Of a stretch of 64,000 nucleotides of DNA, positions 10,237-22,002 are shown piece after piece (position 1 is the first letter of the stretch; every line of letters starts with the position of its first letter). Made by a program: the position numbers and the translations under genes. Below the pieces are notes generated by a model that searched no databases, was not told the DNA's origin, and was given only the letters and a program-made list of their open reading frames with translations. Origin of the DNA: Camelus dromedarius (Eukaryota); contig NC_087436.1 of assembly GCF_036321535.1 (NCBI RefSeq), positions 98,024,001-98,088,000 of the forward strand, given 5' to 3'.

Positions 10237-13200
10237 TGGCGCAAGTTACTTAAAAAATCCTAACTGCAAGGCTCTATCATTAGCCTTGCATTGAATGACA
10301 ATCTATACTTAGGTGGAAGCAAAGGCACAAAGAAAGACCATTCTCATTGGCACATGATTGAGTAACCTGTTAAAAGCTGAGACTAGAACAAGAATATTAA
10401 GAAAATTTCTCTGGAATTCCTTGGTTTTATTTTGAATAAACTAAACATGTTTATTAAGTAAAGCAGATTCAAATGGACAGTATATAATTAACGAAAAGTA
10501 ATTCACTATTGGATATCATGCATGTTCTAAATCTTAAAATATTTATGGCTTTATTAACTCATCTAATTTTTTACACATTGGGCTTAGATAATTTCAAAAC
10601 AAAGAGATAACCAAACAACATCTATCTGAGTAATTAAGTTATTCATTTTCTACTTAAGATTGTTGAATGAATGAAATAAAATAATAGAGAATTTAAGGAA
10701 GGATCTTTACAAGTTAAAGAATTTGATCTTTAACTGTATTCTTAAGAAATATTTAAGTTTTGGACAAAGTGTAAAGTCCAGGCAAGTGGTTAATCCATTC
10801 TGAAAAGTAATTATAAATCTATATCTGAGAAATCCATGAACATTTACTTAGAAATATCTAAGTTTTCTAATGGACGGATGACCAGAAATATAAGGAAACA
10901 ATTTTAGTTGGAACATCTCACTATTTTGAATTTTTTTTTAAATCTGATTCTTACCATTTCTTTTTAGACAACAGTTTAGAATGAAGATAATTCTGGTCTT
11001 GATTTCCTTTGACATTTGTGAACATGCTAATTTTTAGTTGGCAGGTTTTCTGCAAATCTCATTCTATTCAGCTTTCTCACTAAGCATAATGATAGAATTG
11101 TCAACAAGTGAAAATAACAATAATGACAACAATAATCTTAGATAATTTAAGTTTGGTGTTCTTTCATTCCATGCTTTTCATATGCTAAAGAGTACCCAAA
11201 AGGATTGATAACATGGGTCAAAGAGCTACAAAATCAACTAAATTAACAACTAGTTACTAAATAATCGAGAACAAATGCTATTATTGCTAAAATGCTAGAA
11301 ATCACAGTATTAGATTTACCTTGTAAAATTAAGCTTCACATTTTATTGTTAGTGTCTTAATTAAAATTTGCACATGCATTTCAGTATATAGCCATAAAAT
11401 TAAATATTTCTTTTTGTACCACTTATTACAAGCTCCACCCCCCTCCCACACAGAATTGATAGTGTAGAGGTTCACAGGCATATAGTTAGGAAGGAGTATT
11501 TAGTTTTTCTAAAAACTTTACTTTTGAACAGATTTCAATCAAGATGTCTTTTGTAATATCTGTGTGCTTTGCATCCAAAATGCACACTAAGATGAGATTT
11601 CATTTTTCATTATATCATTGTCATTTCAGAGCATAAAAATGCAGAATTAGCATCAGCATTAGTTCCACAAAGTACTTTTTTCATATTAAAAGTCAGCAAA
11701 TTATTGTAAACAACATGATTTAATTCACTGGCAGTGATATTTTTGGCAGCTCAGTCACTGTTCGAGTTATGCTAGAATTATTTTTTTTTATTAGCAGGCA
11801 TGATGTAATTGATGTGAGAAACAACTTTGAAATTATAATCTGCATAATAGACAATTCTGAACCAGTTATTTTTCCTGTTTTCATGTGCTTCTGAGAATAT
11901 GAAAATAATTTTAACTTCCAATCATTCTTCATGTTTTCCTGTACTAACCAGGAATATCAATGCTCATTTGTGGTAACAATACAATTCAAGAACAAACGTA
12001 ATCCAGAGATTTATATAAGCAAAATTGATGATGGCATAATAAAATAGTGTTTTTGTAAAGGAACTCAATTGTCATTTGAGTAAACTTTCTGGATATTTAA
12101 CAATCTGGCCAATGACATCTTCTCTTAGCACTTAAGGTTTTGGATTTTGATAGATAATTTCATTATTCACCATAATTACTCTCTGAAATTTATAGGTTAT
12201 ATGTTATCAAAATCTCTCTAGTTTTGATTCTGCCAAAGTAGAATTCTATTAAAATTGTATAATCCATATAGTAGGTGAAGATATGAAGTATCAAAAATAT
12301 TAAAATCAAAAGATATCCAACAAGAATGATAAAGTGCTCTTATAGATATTGAACCACATTTGATATTCACATATTTAATTTGTGTATTAAGGGAATTGTG
12401 TAGATAAAAAAATAAATGAAATGTATTATGTAAAAGAGTGAATTCTGAACATTTAAGCCTCTGATCATTTCATATTTAAACTATCTAGTTTTAATGTTTA
12501 TAGGTATAATACATTTAATTATGTTAATCTCAATATATTTACACTTGGAAGTCTCTTTTGATAAATATAATTTGCAATGAAAGTTCACTTGAAAGTAAAA
12601 CCATTAAAAATCATACAAATATTTACTGAATCCAGTGGAAGAAACAAAACCTTTTTCCATATAGGTACTTCAAATCTAAGTGATAGGATAACACAAGGAA
12701 ATAATTAAAGGCATAATAAAATAGAACTTCATGTATCATTTATTATGAGGATAAGCTTTTCCAGAAAGAGAGGAATATGAAGGCTGAGATAGTGTCAAAA
12801 TCACAATACCACTAATTGTCCTTCCTTCCTTCAGCAGAGAATGTGACAGGGTGTTTCTTAGAACAAAGTATTTGTTAGCATTCTCTCAAAAGGAAGTACA
12901 GATTGACACTGGAAATTCTTCTGGAAAGATAATGTAAGTTTTGACATAAAAATGCAGTATTATGTCAATAATTAAACTCTGCCAATGTACTGTATTTACC
13001 TTGTTCATATAATGCCACCAGCATCTGGCTGCTAACCTACTTGCTATATATTCTGTCACACGCAGTCTCTTCTACTTTTATGGTCTCCTCCTTTCAATAA
13101 GATCCTGTAAACTTGGATAAATATATTGGAAATTTATGTTACACTATTGTGCCTGCGTGCAAATGTGTATATATGTTCAGTTTCACCCAATGTCTATTTC

Positions 13201-13649
13201 ATTTGAAATGCTATAATCACAGAATGTGAAAAGAAGTTCAGAGGAAAAGAAGAAACTATTTCACCTCTTTTTTTTACCAGGAGATGAACTACTTTGTGAT
13301 TTCTTGATGTGTAAGAACAACAAAATTTGAGCAATAGAAGAGCTGCCATAGGTTGATGTTCCCAGTATGACAAGAAAGTTATGAGTAATCTCTAGTTTAA
13401 TCCTTATACATTTTTGAAATAAACATCATTATCTTAATTTTACATTGGAGAAACAGGCTAAGAGACATATGCAAAACATCAGATAGTGCTTATAGTGAGA
13501 AACTAGACTTAAATGGAGGCCGAACAGCTTTATAGTGATGTCTTCATGAAAGGAACTCGATCATTGTACATAATTCTTCTCTCCTTAAGATCCCTCTATT
13601 ACAAAAGATTTACATTTTACATAATTTTTATGTCATGCCAAACGACATC

Positions 13650-14250
13650 AATTTTTAAAACAAATCAGTGAAAATACTGTCAAAGACAAATGTTTAATAG
13701 AATAAGTAAAACAACAAGAATGAGCAATGTTTTTAAAAAAATTGTAACAGCACATAGTCACCAAAATATAGTAATTTAAAGTAAAATTATTACCAAATAT
13801 AGTGCTTTTTAAAGAGATAAATGCCACAAACATGCAATTTTCACAATTACAGTAGAATTTTCCATCTCTTATAAAAAATTGTTAGGCATACAGAATACTT
13901 AAAAGATATTATCAACTATACAATTCATATTTTCAAGATCATGTGGAAAATTTACCAAAATAAAGTATATATGGGCCATAAGTCTCAAAAAACTTAAGAT
14001 GATTCAAGTCATACATATTCTCTGACCACAATAGAATTAAATCAGAAATCAATAATAGAACAGTAACTAAGAAATCCCCAAATACCTAAAGCTAAAATAG
14101 ACTTTTAAATAACTCATGAGTCAAAGAAATACTGATGATACTGATGGTTTCATGGGAGTCTAGATATGTCAAACTCACCAAATTGTATGCTTTAAATGCG
14201 TTGTTCGTTGCATTTCAATTATACTTCAGCAAAATTGTTTAACAAAAAAG
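13650..14250 (+). mobile_element. Old L1 fragments (endonuclease C-terminal region joined to a 3'UTR end)
   Basis: attctctgaccacaatagaattaaatcagaaatcaataatag (FSDHNxIKLEIN-like) followed by L1M 3' terminal sequence caaactcaccaaattgtatgc. Confidence 0.7.
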
Positions 14251-14299
14251 TTTGATCCACACATTTCCCAGGCATATTCGAAGCTACTTCTGTGAAGAG

Positions 14300-15060
14300 A
14301 CAGTAAGCTAGTTGTGGTCACATAGTGAGGTCTTGGGAACGGTCAGGGAGGCATCTTCCTTGGCTGACAGATCAGCAGTGGGTCTGTGGGTCCACAGGCT
14401 ATTAGAGAAGCTCCATCTAATAGCATTTGTAATGTGTCTCTCTGTTTGCCTGTTTCCCTTTGGTCACCCCTGACTTAAAGTACTGCTGAAGGTGCAAGCC
14501 ATTGTCATCGTGAGCCATTAATTAACAGGCAGTTCTGTGTCCACTTTCGGGTCAAAGATATTAGGGAAACAAGCAACTGAAGAGAAAGGATCCCACAGAG
14601 ATCAGAGGGTGCTTTTCAGGGAAATGAGAAGTGGCCTTTGGGAGAGAAACACCAGTGGTTACGAGTCGAGGAGCTGGCTTAGTTAACAAAGGGCTATGGG
14701 CCGGCCAGATTTGGGAAACTGGAAGCATTTACCAGGAGAAGGACAAGAATGGAGATTTGCTAAGCAATCTGAGCATCTGCAGCCTACAACAGCTCCGAGA
14801 GTTCTATATTAAAGCAGCAGCATCGGTTGGAAGAAGTACCTAGGTCCTGGGTTTCTTCTTGCTGCACTCAGAAGCGAGCACACTGGTTTTGGTTAGACAG
14901 CATGTCTCCTTTGGGTGGCTTCAGGAATCTTAGGGAGATTTTTGGCAGATGATAAGAGTTTCTAGTGGGTCTGCAGTTTTATGTGAAAAGAGTTAAGATA
15001 CAGAGATTTAATGAATTAATTAAACCTGTATTTATTCCGTGTATATGTGGATAACCACAC
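14300..15060. mobile_element. Probable ancient LTR element, family uncertain
   Basis: GC-elevated block ending in attaaacctgtatttattcc...accaca; resembles very old mammalian LTRs, no firm match. Confidence 0.3.
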
Positions 15061-15129
15061 CTCCAAATACAAAAACAAACTTGCTCTAGGAACCTGACCC
15101 AGGCGCCAGGACAGCACCGAAGGAAACAA

Positions 15130-15620
15130 ACTGCATCTCTGACACTTAAAAGAGATGAAGTGATCATCAATGCTAAACAAATAATTGAGATAATTTCAGA
15201 TATGAATTGTGGCAGAGAAACAGAACAGGGAATTGATGCAGAGGAAATGACTGGGTAAAGGCAGGATTTAAGCATCAGGAAGAGACTCTGAAAATTGTCT
15301 ATTTGAGCTGAGATCTGAATGATTATGCAAAGTCAGACATGGTCAGTTCCAAGGGCATTAATTCCACACAGAGAAAGCAGCAAACGCCAAGTGCTGAGAC
15401 AGTAATGAGCCTGGAATGTTTGAGGAAGAGGAAGCAAGCTGGTGTGGCTGGAGTATATTAACAGAGCCAGTGGCGGAAAATTACGTTCTGGACATGGGCA
15501 ATAGCAAGATTATGTTGGACCATGATGGACGTGCTAAGATTTTCTAGGAATCTGGAAAGCATTTTAACAACATGGGAAAACACTAAAAAATTCTGATCAG
15601 AGGAAAGACTTGATTTCCAA
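15130..15620 (-). mobile_element. L2 LINE 3' fragment
   Basis: atttgagctgagatctgaatga...attccacacagagaaagcagcaaacgccaag...ggtgtggctggag is typical antisense L2 sequence. Confidence 0.7.
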
Positions 15621-15724
15621 AAACTAATGTGCTTTGTCTCAGGCACTAGCTGATAAGCTTAGAACTTACTCATTACATTCACATGCTGGGCTAATGGGCT
15701 AAAGGGGAAATGATCAAATGAAGC

Positions 15725-15822
15725 TAGGGAAAGAGAGGGAGGGCGGGGGGAAGGAAGGGAGGAAGGAAAGAATGAAGGAAAGAAAGAAAGAAGAGAGAAA
15801 GGAGGGAGTGAGGGAGGGAGGG
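15725..15822. repeat. Polypurine (GGAA/GAAA/GGGA) low-complexity tract
   Basis: Read directly. Confidence 0.9.
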
Positions 15823-17099
15823 TTCCCTTACATGGAGCTGAATTTGAGAATTCGTTGCTGAAGGAGACAACATGGCTTAGAAAAAACATACTATATCCTT
15901 CTGGAAAGAACTGCTCAAGGGCCTTGCTTTTCTTAATATATATAGGTTCTGAAATGGGTATTGAGAGACTGTAATCTCAAGGCCAACTAAGTTTAATCAA
16001 TTAAATACCACTGCCAGAGTTGGAGCCTCGGCAAGTTTTGCCCTGATAGGCAATTTCTCCTCATTTCTAACCTACTGTACAGACACCTCTGTATTTTCAA
16101 CTGTCCTGTTGCTTTCAGTTCTATTTCTGCATACATACTTTGCTAACCCTGGGCCTCTGGTTTAGCCTGTGACTTCCATCTCAGATTGTGCCCTTTCTCT
16201 CTCAGTTTGGCCTTCTGGAACATCACTTGGTGATTTATGCCTTCTGCTTAGCCTCAGGATCTCTTTTCAGGGTCAATCCCTCAGGCAGGCCAAACAGACA
16301 CAAATCAGACTCATTGGCATTGTCCCTATTCTTCCGAACTGACATCTGAAATTGCAGGGGAGAATACAAGGCCCTATACCAAAATATACAAAGAGACTAC
16401 TGCTATTTTAGAGTTTTCAGCTTTAGCATAAGAGCTTGTGGCAGGAACAATAAAACCAGTCAGGAAGATAAACTTTCCAGGGTTGCACGTAACATCTTGC
16501 ACTGTAGAATTTTGCTGTATTTCTTTTGAATTGGTCAATTTGTTCTAAAGAAATGGGTCATTTGCTAGGTAGATACTTTCACATGGCTATTTGACTTTAA
16601 ATGATACATCTAGTGAGATTTCTTAGGTACCAGACATTTTGGTAGGAGGGTTCCCCTTGAAAGAAAACTAGGTTCTCTGAGAAATACATTACACCAAGTA
16701 TCAAACACAGATCTTTACTCTAAGAGTAGCACTATTAACAAAATAATTTGTGTTGACAAATACCATATTCCATGATCACTGAACGAGATGGTGATATTTT
16801 GGCTATGTGTATCATAGCAGACATAATTAGTAGGCTGTTCCATTTTATAGAGCAAACCAGATGGTTTTAAATGTTGCATCATAGCACCTGCAGTAATGAA
16901 ACTAATCAATTTAACTACGTACATATTTACTGATTTCCTCCCACATATTAGACATTTATATGTGTTTCTGTTATAAACTTGGCATCACTGACATTCCTTT
17001 CAAAGGTCTCCTCTGAATTGCAGAAGAGAGTCTTGCATTTATGTTTCCTCAAGACACATTTCCTGTTTAGTTGTGTACTGATTCCTGCAGACTGCAATA

Positions 17100-18420
17100 G
17101 CTTTGTAGGGAGAACGTGAAAACTACTCTCTTTAGTTTTGTAGGATCAGATCTTCAGATCTAGCTTCTCTGAATTCCAGCACCTGCATCCCTGCCCTTCA
17201 CTATCCAATCTTCAAATATTATATAAGTCCATAATGCCTATATTAAATCTTCTATACTCGGACTAGATTAACTGGCCTCCATTTAACTAAATTTGTGTTA
17301 ATGAAAGTGGTCTCAAAGGAACAGAACCTTAAACATGGGGATCTAGAATAAGCTATTTGATCTGATTAGAACTGAAGATAGTGATGATCCCATTACTAAT
17401 ATTAAATGAGACCCTGGTAGGCAAGGGCCAAGTTAGTTACATAAATTCTATTTGCATGTATTCAAGGGACTAAAGAAGGATGAGATCTGAGATGCCACAC
17501 TGAAGCAATAATACAATCTTATGGATGAAAATAAAAGAGGTTATAATATGAGATGACACCTGACTACACTGGAAAAAATTGGATTATAAAGCATTAAGCT
17601 CGTGGCTTTAAGTTCTGAGAACAAGAAATAAAAAGAGAAACTGAAAGCTTGTAGTATGGCTGTGTCAACTTGGCTGGGCTATAATGCCCAGATATTTGAT
17701 CAAAGATTGTTCTGGATGTTTCTGTGAAGGTGATATTTTTGGATGATATTAGCAGTTGTATTGGTGGACTTCGAGGAAATCGAGTGACCTCCATAATGCA
17801 AGTGGGGTACATCCAATGAATTGAAGACCTTAATAGAACAAAGACTTTCTTCTGAGAAGGAAGAAATTCTGCCAGCACGCTGCCTTTGGACTCAAAGTTC
17901 AAGTCTTCCTGCATCTCCAGTCTACTGACCCATCCTGCACATTTTGGACTTATCAAGCCTCCACAATTGCATGAACCAATTTTAAAAAATAACTTCTTAC
18001 TCTCTCCCTCGCATCCTCTCTCCCTATCTGTCTCTCTTCTCCCCATAACAGACACACACACAGACACACACAGACACACACACTTCTTATTGGTTGAGAT
18101 TGCTGAGCAGAAACCCTAAAGTTTGATCCTCCATGTGGATAAATCAGGATACAAATCAAATTCACAGCTACAACTATCTTGTATTCAAGTTAGGGCACTA
18201 GTTGAATTATAGTGAGATTCTGAACAGTTTTCAGTGTGATTTTGAGATTGTTATTTCAAGGGAGATCTTCAATATGAGCTTCCTTGATCTTAGCTGGCAA
18301 CTTTTTATCTTTTCAGACACTCTTTTGATTTTTACTCTACCGTCAGCTTTTCTAAGAGCCATCAAATTTTTAATTCCTATATTAAGTCTTTTACATTGAG
18401 AATGTAAAATCCTAGTATTT
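17100..18420 (+). mobile_element. Deleted ERV-L element: MLT2-like LTR remnant, leader/gag fragment, second LTR remnant
   Basis: aaagtggtctcaaaggaacagaaccttaa...gatctgattag matches the ERV-L internal start; gag-like sequence resumes at ~18095 (gagattgctgag...gttagggcactagttg); cctatattaa(a/g)tctt recurs at ~17236 and ~18376. Confidence 0.6.
17650..18095 (+). mobile_element. MLT2 (MLT2D-like) LTR nested in ERV-L gag
   Basis: tgtgtcaacttggctgggctataatgcccagatatttgatcaaa...gcctccacaattgcatgaaccaatt...(CA)n...cttattggtt. Confidence 0.85.
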
Positions 18421-19312
18421 TCTCATTATTACAGCCAGTATTTAAAAATGTAGGTTAGAGATTGTGTATTTTCACTAATTTAACTTGAGTAATTAATTAG
18501 TTATTTATGCCCCTAAATATTTCAATATGGCTTATAAAAGAGTTCATAAAATGTGATTAAAATTAATAAATTAAAATAATTTATAAGATATAAAAACAGG
18601 GTTGAGTATAACTGAGATTTAATAATGAGGATAAAATGACTATTTCAAAATTAGATGTTGTTTCTTACCACAAATTAAATGCAAGCTTTTTCTAAAGCTT
18701 TTAAATGATTACTCAAAAAGGAACTCTCATGTCTAAAACATCCACAAAATATAAAAGAAACAACTGATCCATCAGGATCTAACATCATTCAGGATGACTC
18801 AACAGAGCCTTTATTAAACAAGGACAATTACTTACGAGGCAATGAAAAGGATGACTGGAATCGGGAAGAAAAAAGCTATACTATTATAAGAACCCAAATA
18901 CCAGCTGATATGACTGAATCTTGGTATCTTTTTAGCACAGGTGGGAATAAATTGTTTTTTTTTTTTCCCCCAACAGTTTCACGTATTTTCTCAGCTGGAC
19001 GGACTTTTGATGAATATTGATATTGAGTTGAATGTAATTAAAATTGTACTTCCTGGCAAACCTAGTGGAGCAGCTGGTCTATTCAACTTGTTGAATGCAG
19101 CCATGTAATATTAAGGCTTAATTTTGTACAGAGAAGCCTAATAAGTACAGATGGCTAAAAAGAAGGCATTTCTTTAAATAAAAAGGAATTATTTGTGATG
19201 AACTTAAAAAATAGCCAGGATTTGCTTTAAATTATGTAAATGTTCTATAAGGCAAACAAATAACTAGTTGGTTTTTCCAAATTAATTTTACAGTAATATA
19301 ATGAAAAGTGGT

Positions 19313-19781
19313 TGTTTAAATTTCCTATTCCTGCCGTGACACATTGCCACAAACCTAATGACTTAAAGAACACAAATTTATTGTGTTACAATTCTGTTGG
19401 TCTAAAGGCCAAAACAGTAGCAATTGTGCATTCCTTCTGGAGTCTGTAGGGGAGAATCTGTTTCCTTGCCTTTTCTAACTTCCACAGGCCACATGGATTC
19501 ATTGGTTCATATCCCCTTCCCTTCCTCTATCGTCAAAGGCAGAAATTTAGTACTTGCATCCTTTGTTTCTGTTTTTACATCTTCTACTCCAATTCTGACT
19601 GTCCTGCATCCTTCTTATTAGTACGTCAGTGATTACATTAGGCTCACCCAGCTAATTCAAGATAATCTTACCATTGCAAAATCTTTAACTTTTATCACAT
19701 GTGAAAAATCTTGCCATATAAAGTACCATATTCAAAGCTCCAGGGGTTAGGACATGGATATCTTTGGATTCTATTTCCCAC
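19313..19781 (-). mobile_element. MLT1 (MLT1C/D-like) MaLR LTR
   Basis: gcattccttctggagtctgtaggggagaatctgtttccttgccttttc...gattacattaggctcacccagctaattcaagataatc. Confidence 0.85.
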
Positions 19782-19984
19782 AGTACTTTACCCTAATACA
19801 GTGTTAAGGTAGATATTAGCCAACATTTCATAAAATCCCACTAACAAATTCATGATAGATTTAGTTTAAAATAATGCTGCTTCTGCATTATTTGCACAAA
19901 ATAGAAGTTGCATTAGCATGTAGTGAAGTAACCTATTAAATAAGATTATTACTTATAAAGTTAAATTTGGTGGGAGAGAGGTTC

Positions 19985-22002
19985 CATTACTCATTCATAA
20001 TAAAAACTGCCAGAAAACTAGGAATAGAGGGGACAAAATCAACTTGATAACAAAACATCTACAAAATCTTAAACGTAGCATACTTCATAGTGAGAAACTC
20101 AAAGTTTCCTACACTAAAATTAGGAAAAAGGCAAGAAAGTTTCCCCTTACCACTCCTATTTCAACACTGTGTTAAAAGTTACAACTAATACAAGAAAAAG
20201 AAGTAAAAATGTAGAGATTTGGAAAGAAAAAACACACTGTCTTACTGTCTTTGTTCACAGATGACATGATTATCTATGTAGAGACTCTGATAAAACTCAA
20301 CAACAACAAAAACTCCTGAAAGGCATAAGTAACTGTAGTAAGGTTGCAGGATATAACAGTAATAAACAAAAATCAATTGCTATATACCTTACTATATACC
20401 AGGAATGAATAAATGTAATTTGCAATTAAGATACACATGAAGAAAATACACCATTCTTACAAAAGGATTTGAAGAAGAAATCAATCCATGAGGAAACAGT
20501 GCATGTTCATAAACAGGAAGATTCAATATTGTCAATATCAGTTCTCCCCAACTTGACCTACAGGTTAAACACAATCCAAATCAAAATCCCAGAAAATTAT
20601 TTTCTGGAAATTTACAAACTGAGTCTAAAGTTTATGTGCAGAGACAAAAGACCCAGAATAGCCAACACAATATTAAACAAGAACAAAGTTGCAGACTGAC
20701 ACTGCTCAACGTCAAGACTTACTACAGGAACACAGTAGAGAACCCAGAAGTAGCCCCACATAAATACAGTCAACTGATCTTTGTCAAAGAAGCAAAGGTA
20801 ATACAATGGGCAAAGATAATCTCTTTAACAAATGGTGCTAGATCAATTGACTAGTTCCACATGCAAAAAAAAAAGCATCTAGACATAGACTTCACACCAT
20901 GTACAAAAATTAACTCAAAATGGATCATAGGCCTAAGAGTACAATGCAAATCTACATTCCAAGTCACAGACTTGGAGAAAATATTTGCAAAACACATATC
21001 TGATAAAGAATAGTTACCTAAAATGTACAAAAATATTCTTAAAACTCAATAAAAAAACAAGCAACTTAGTTTAAAATGGGCAAAATATCTGAACTGACTC
21101 TTTACCAAGAAGATATATAGATGACAAGCATATGCAAAGATGCTCAACATCATATGTTATTAGGGAATTGCAAATCAAAACAATGAGATACCACATCTAT
21201 TAGAATGGCCAAAACCCAAAACACTGACAACACCAAATGCTGGTAAGAATATGGTTTAACAAAAACATTCAGTCATTGCTGATGGGAATGTAAAACTGTA
21301 CAGTCACTTTGGAAAAGAGTTTGGAAGTTTCTTAGAAAACTAAGCATAATCTTACCAAATGATCCAGTAAACTGCACTCCTTGGTATTTACCCAAAGGAA
21401 GTAAAAAACATGCACATAATTTTATAGCAGGTTTATTCATAATTGCTGAAACCGAGAAGCAACCAAGATGTCCTTCAGCAGGTGAACAGATAAGTAAACT
21501 GTTACATCCAGACAGTGGAATATTATTGAGCACTAAAAATTAATGAGCTGTCATGCCATGAATAGACATGAAGGAACCATAAATACATATTAACAAGTAA
21601 AAAAGTCAGTCTGAAAAGTCTACTTCCTATATAATTCCAACTATATGACATTCTGGAAAGAACAAATCTATGGAGACAAACATCAGTGGTTGCCAGGGTT
21701 AGGGGTGGGAAGAATAAATACATAAAGCATGGATTTTCAGGGTAGTGAAACTAATTTATATGTTGCTGCAAAGGTGGATATATGTCTTTATATATTTGAC
21801 AAAATCTATAGAATGTACAACACCAAGTGAAAAAACCTAAGGTAAATTGTGGACTTTGGGGGATAATGATGTATCAATGCAGGGTCATTGCTTTATAATA
21901 AATGCACGACTCTGATGCAGGATATTGATGCTGAGGGAGGCTGTGTGTGGGGTGGGAGGGGGTAGAGAGAGTATATAGGGAATCTGTGTACCTTAAAAAA
22001 AA
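19985..22002 (+). mobile_element. L1MC-like LINE, ORF2 (RT to C-terminus) plus 3'UTR
   Basis: LFTDDMIIYVE at 20251-20283 (decayed FADD), L1 ORF2 C-terminal sequence and L1MC-type 3'UTR. Confidence 0.9.

Noticed and set aside
10237..10255. TGGCGCAAG after the MER41-like LTR as a possible primer binding site
   Set aside because: Only the first few bases look PBS-like, it follows an A-tail rather than U5-CA, and no ERV leader follows
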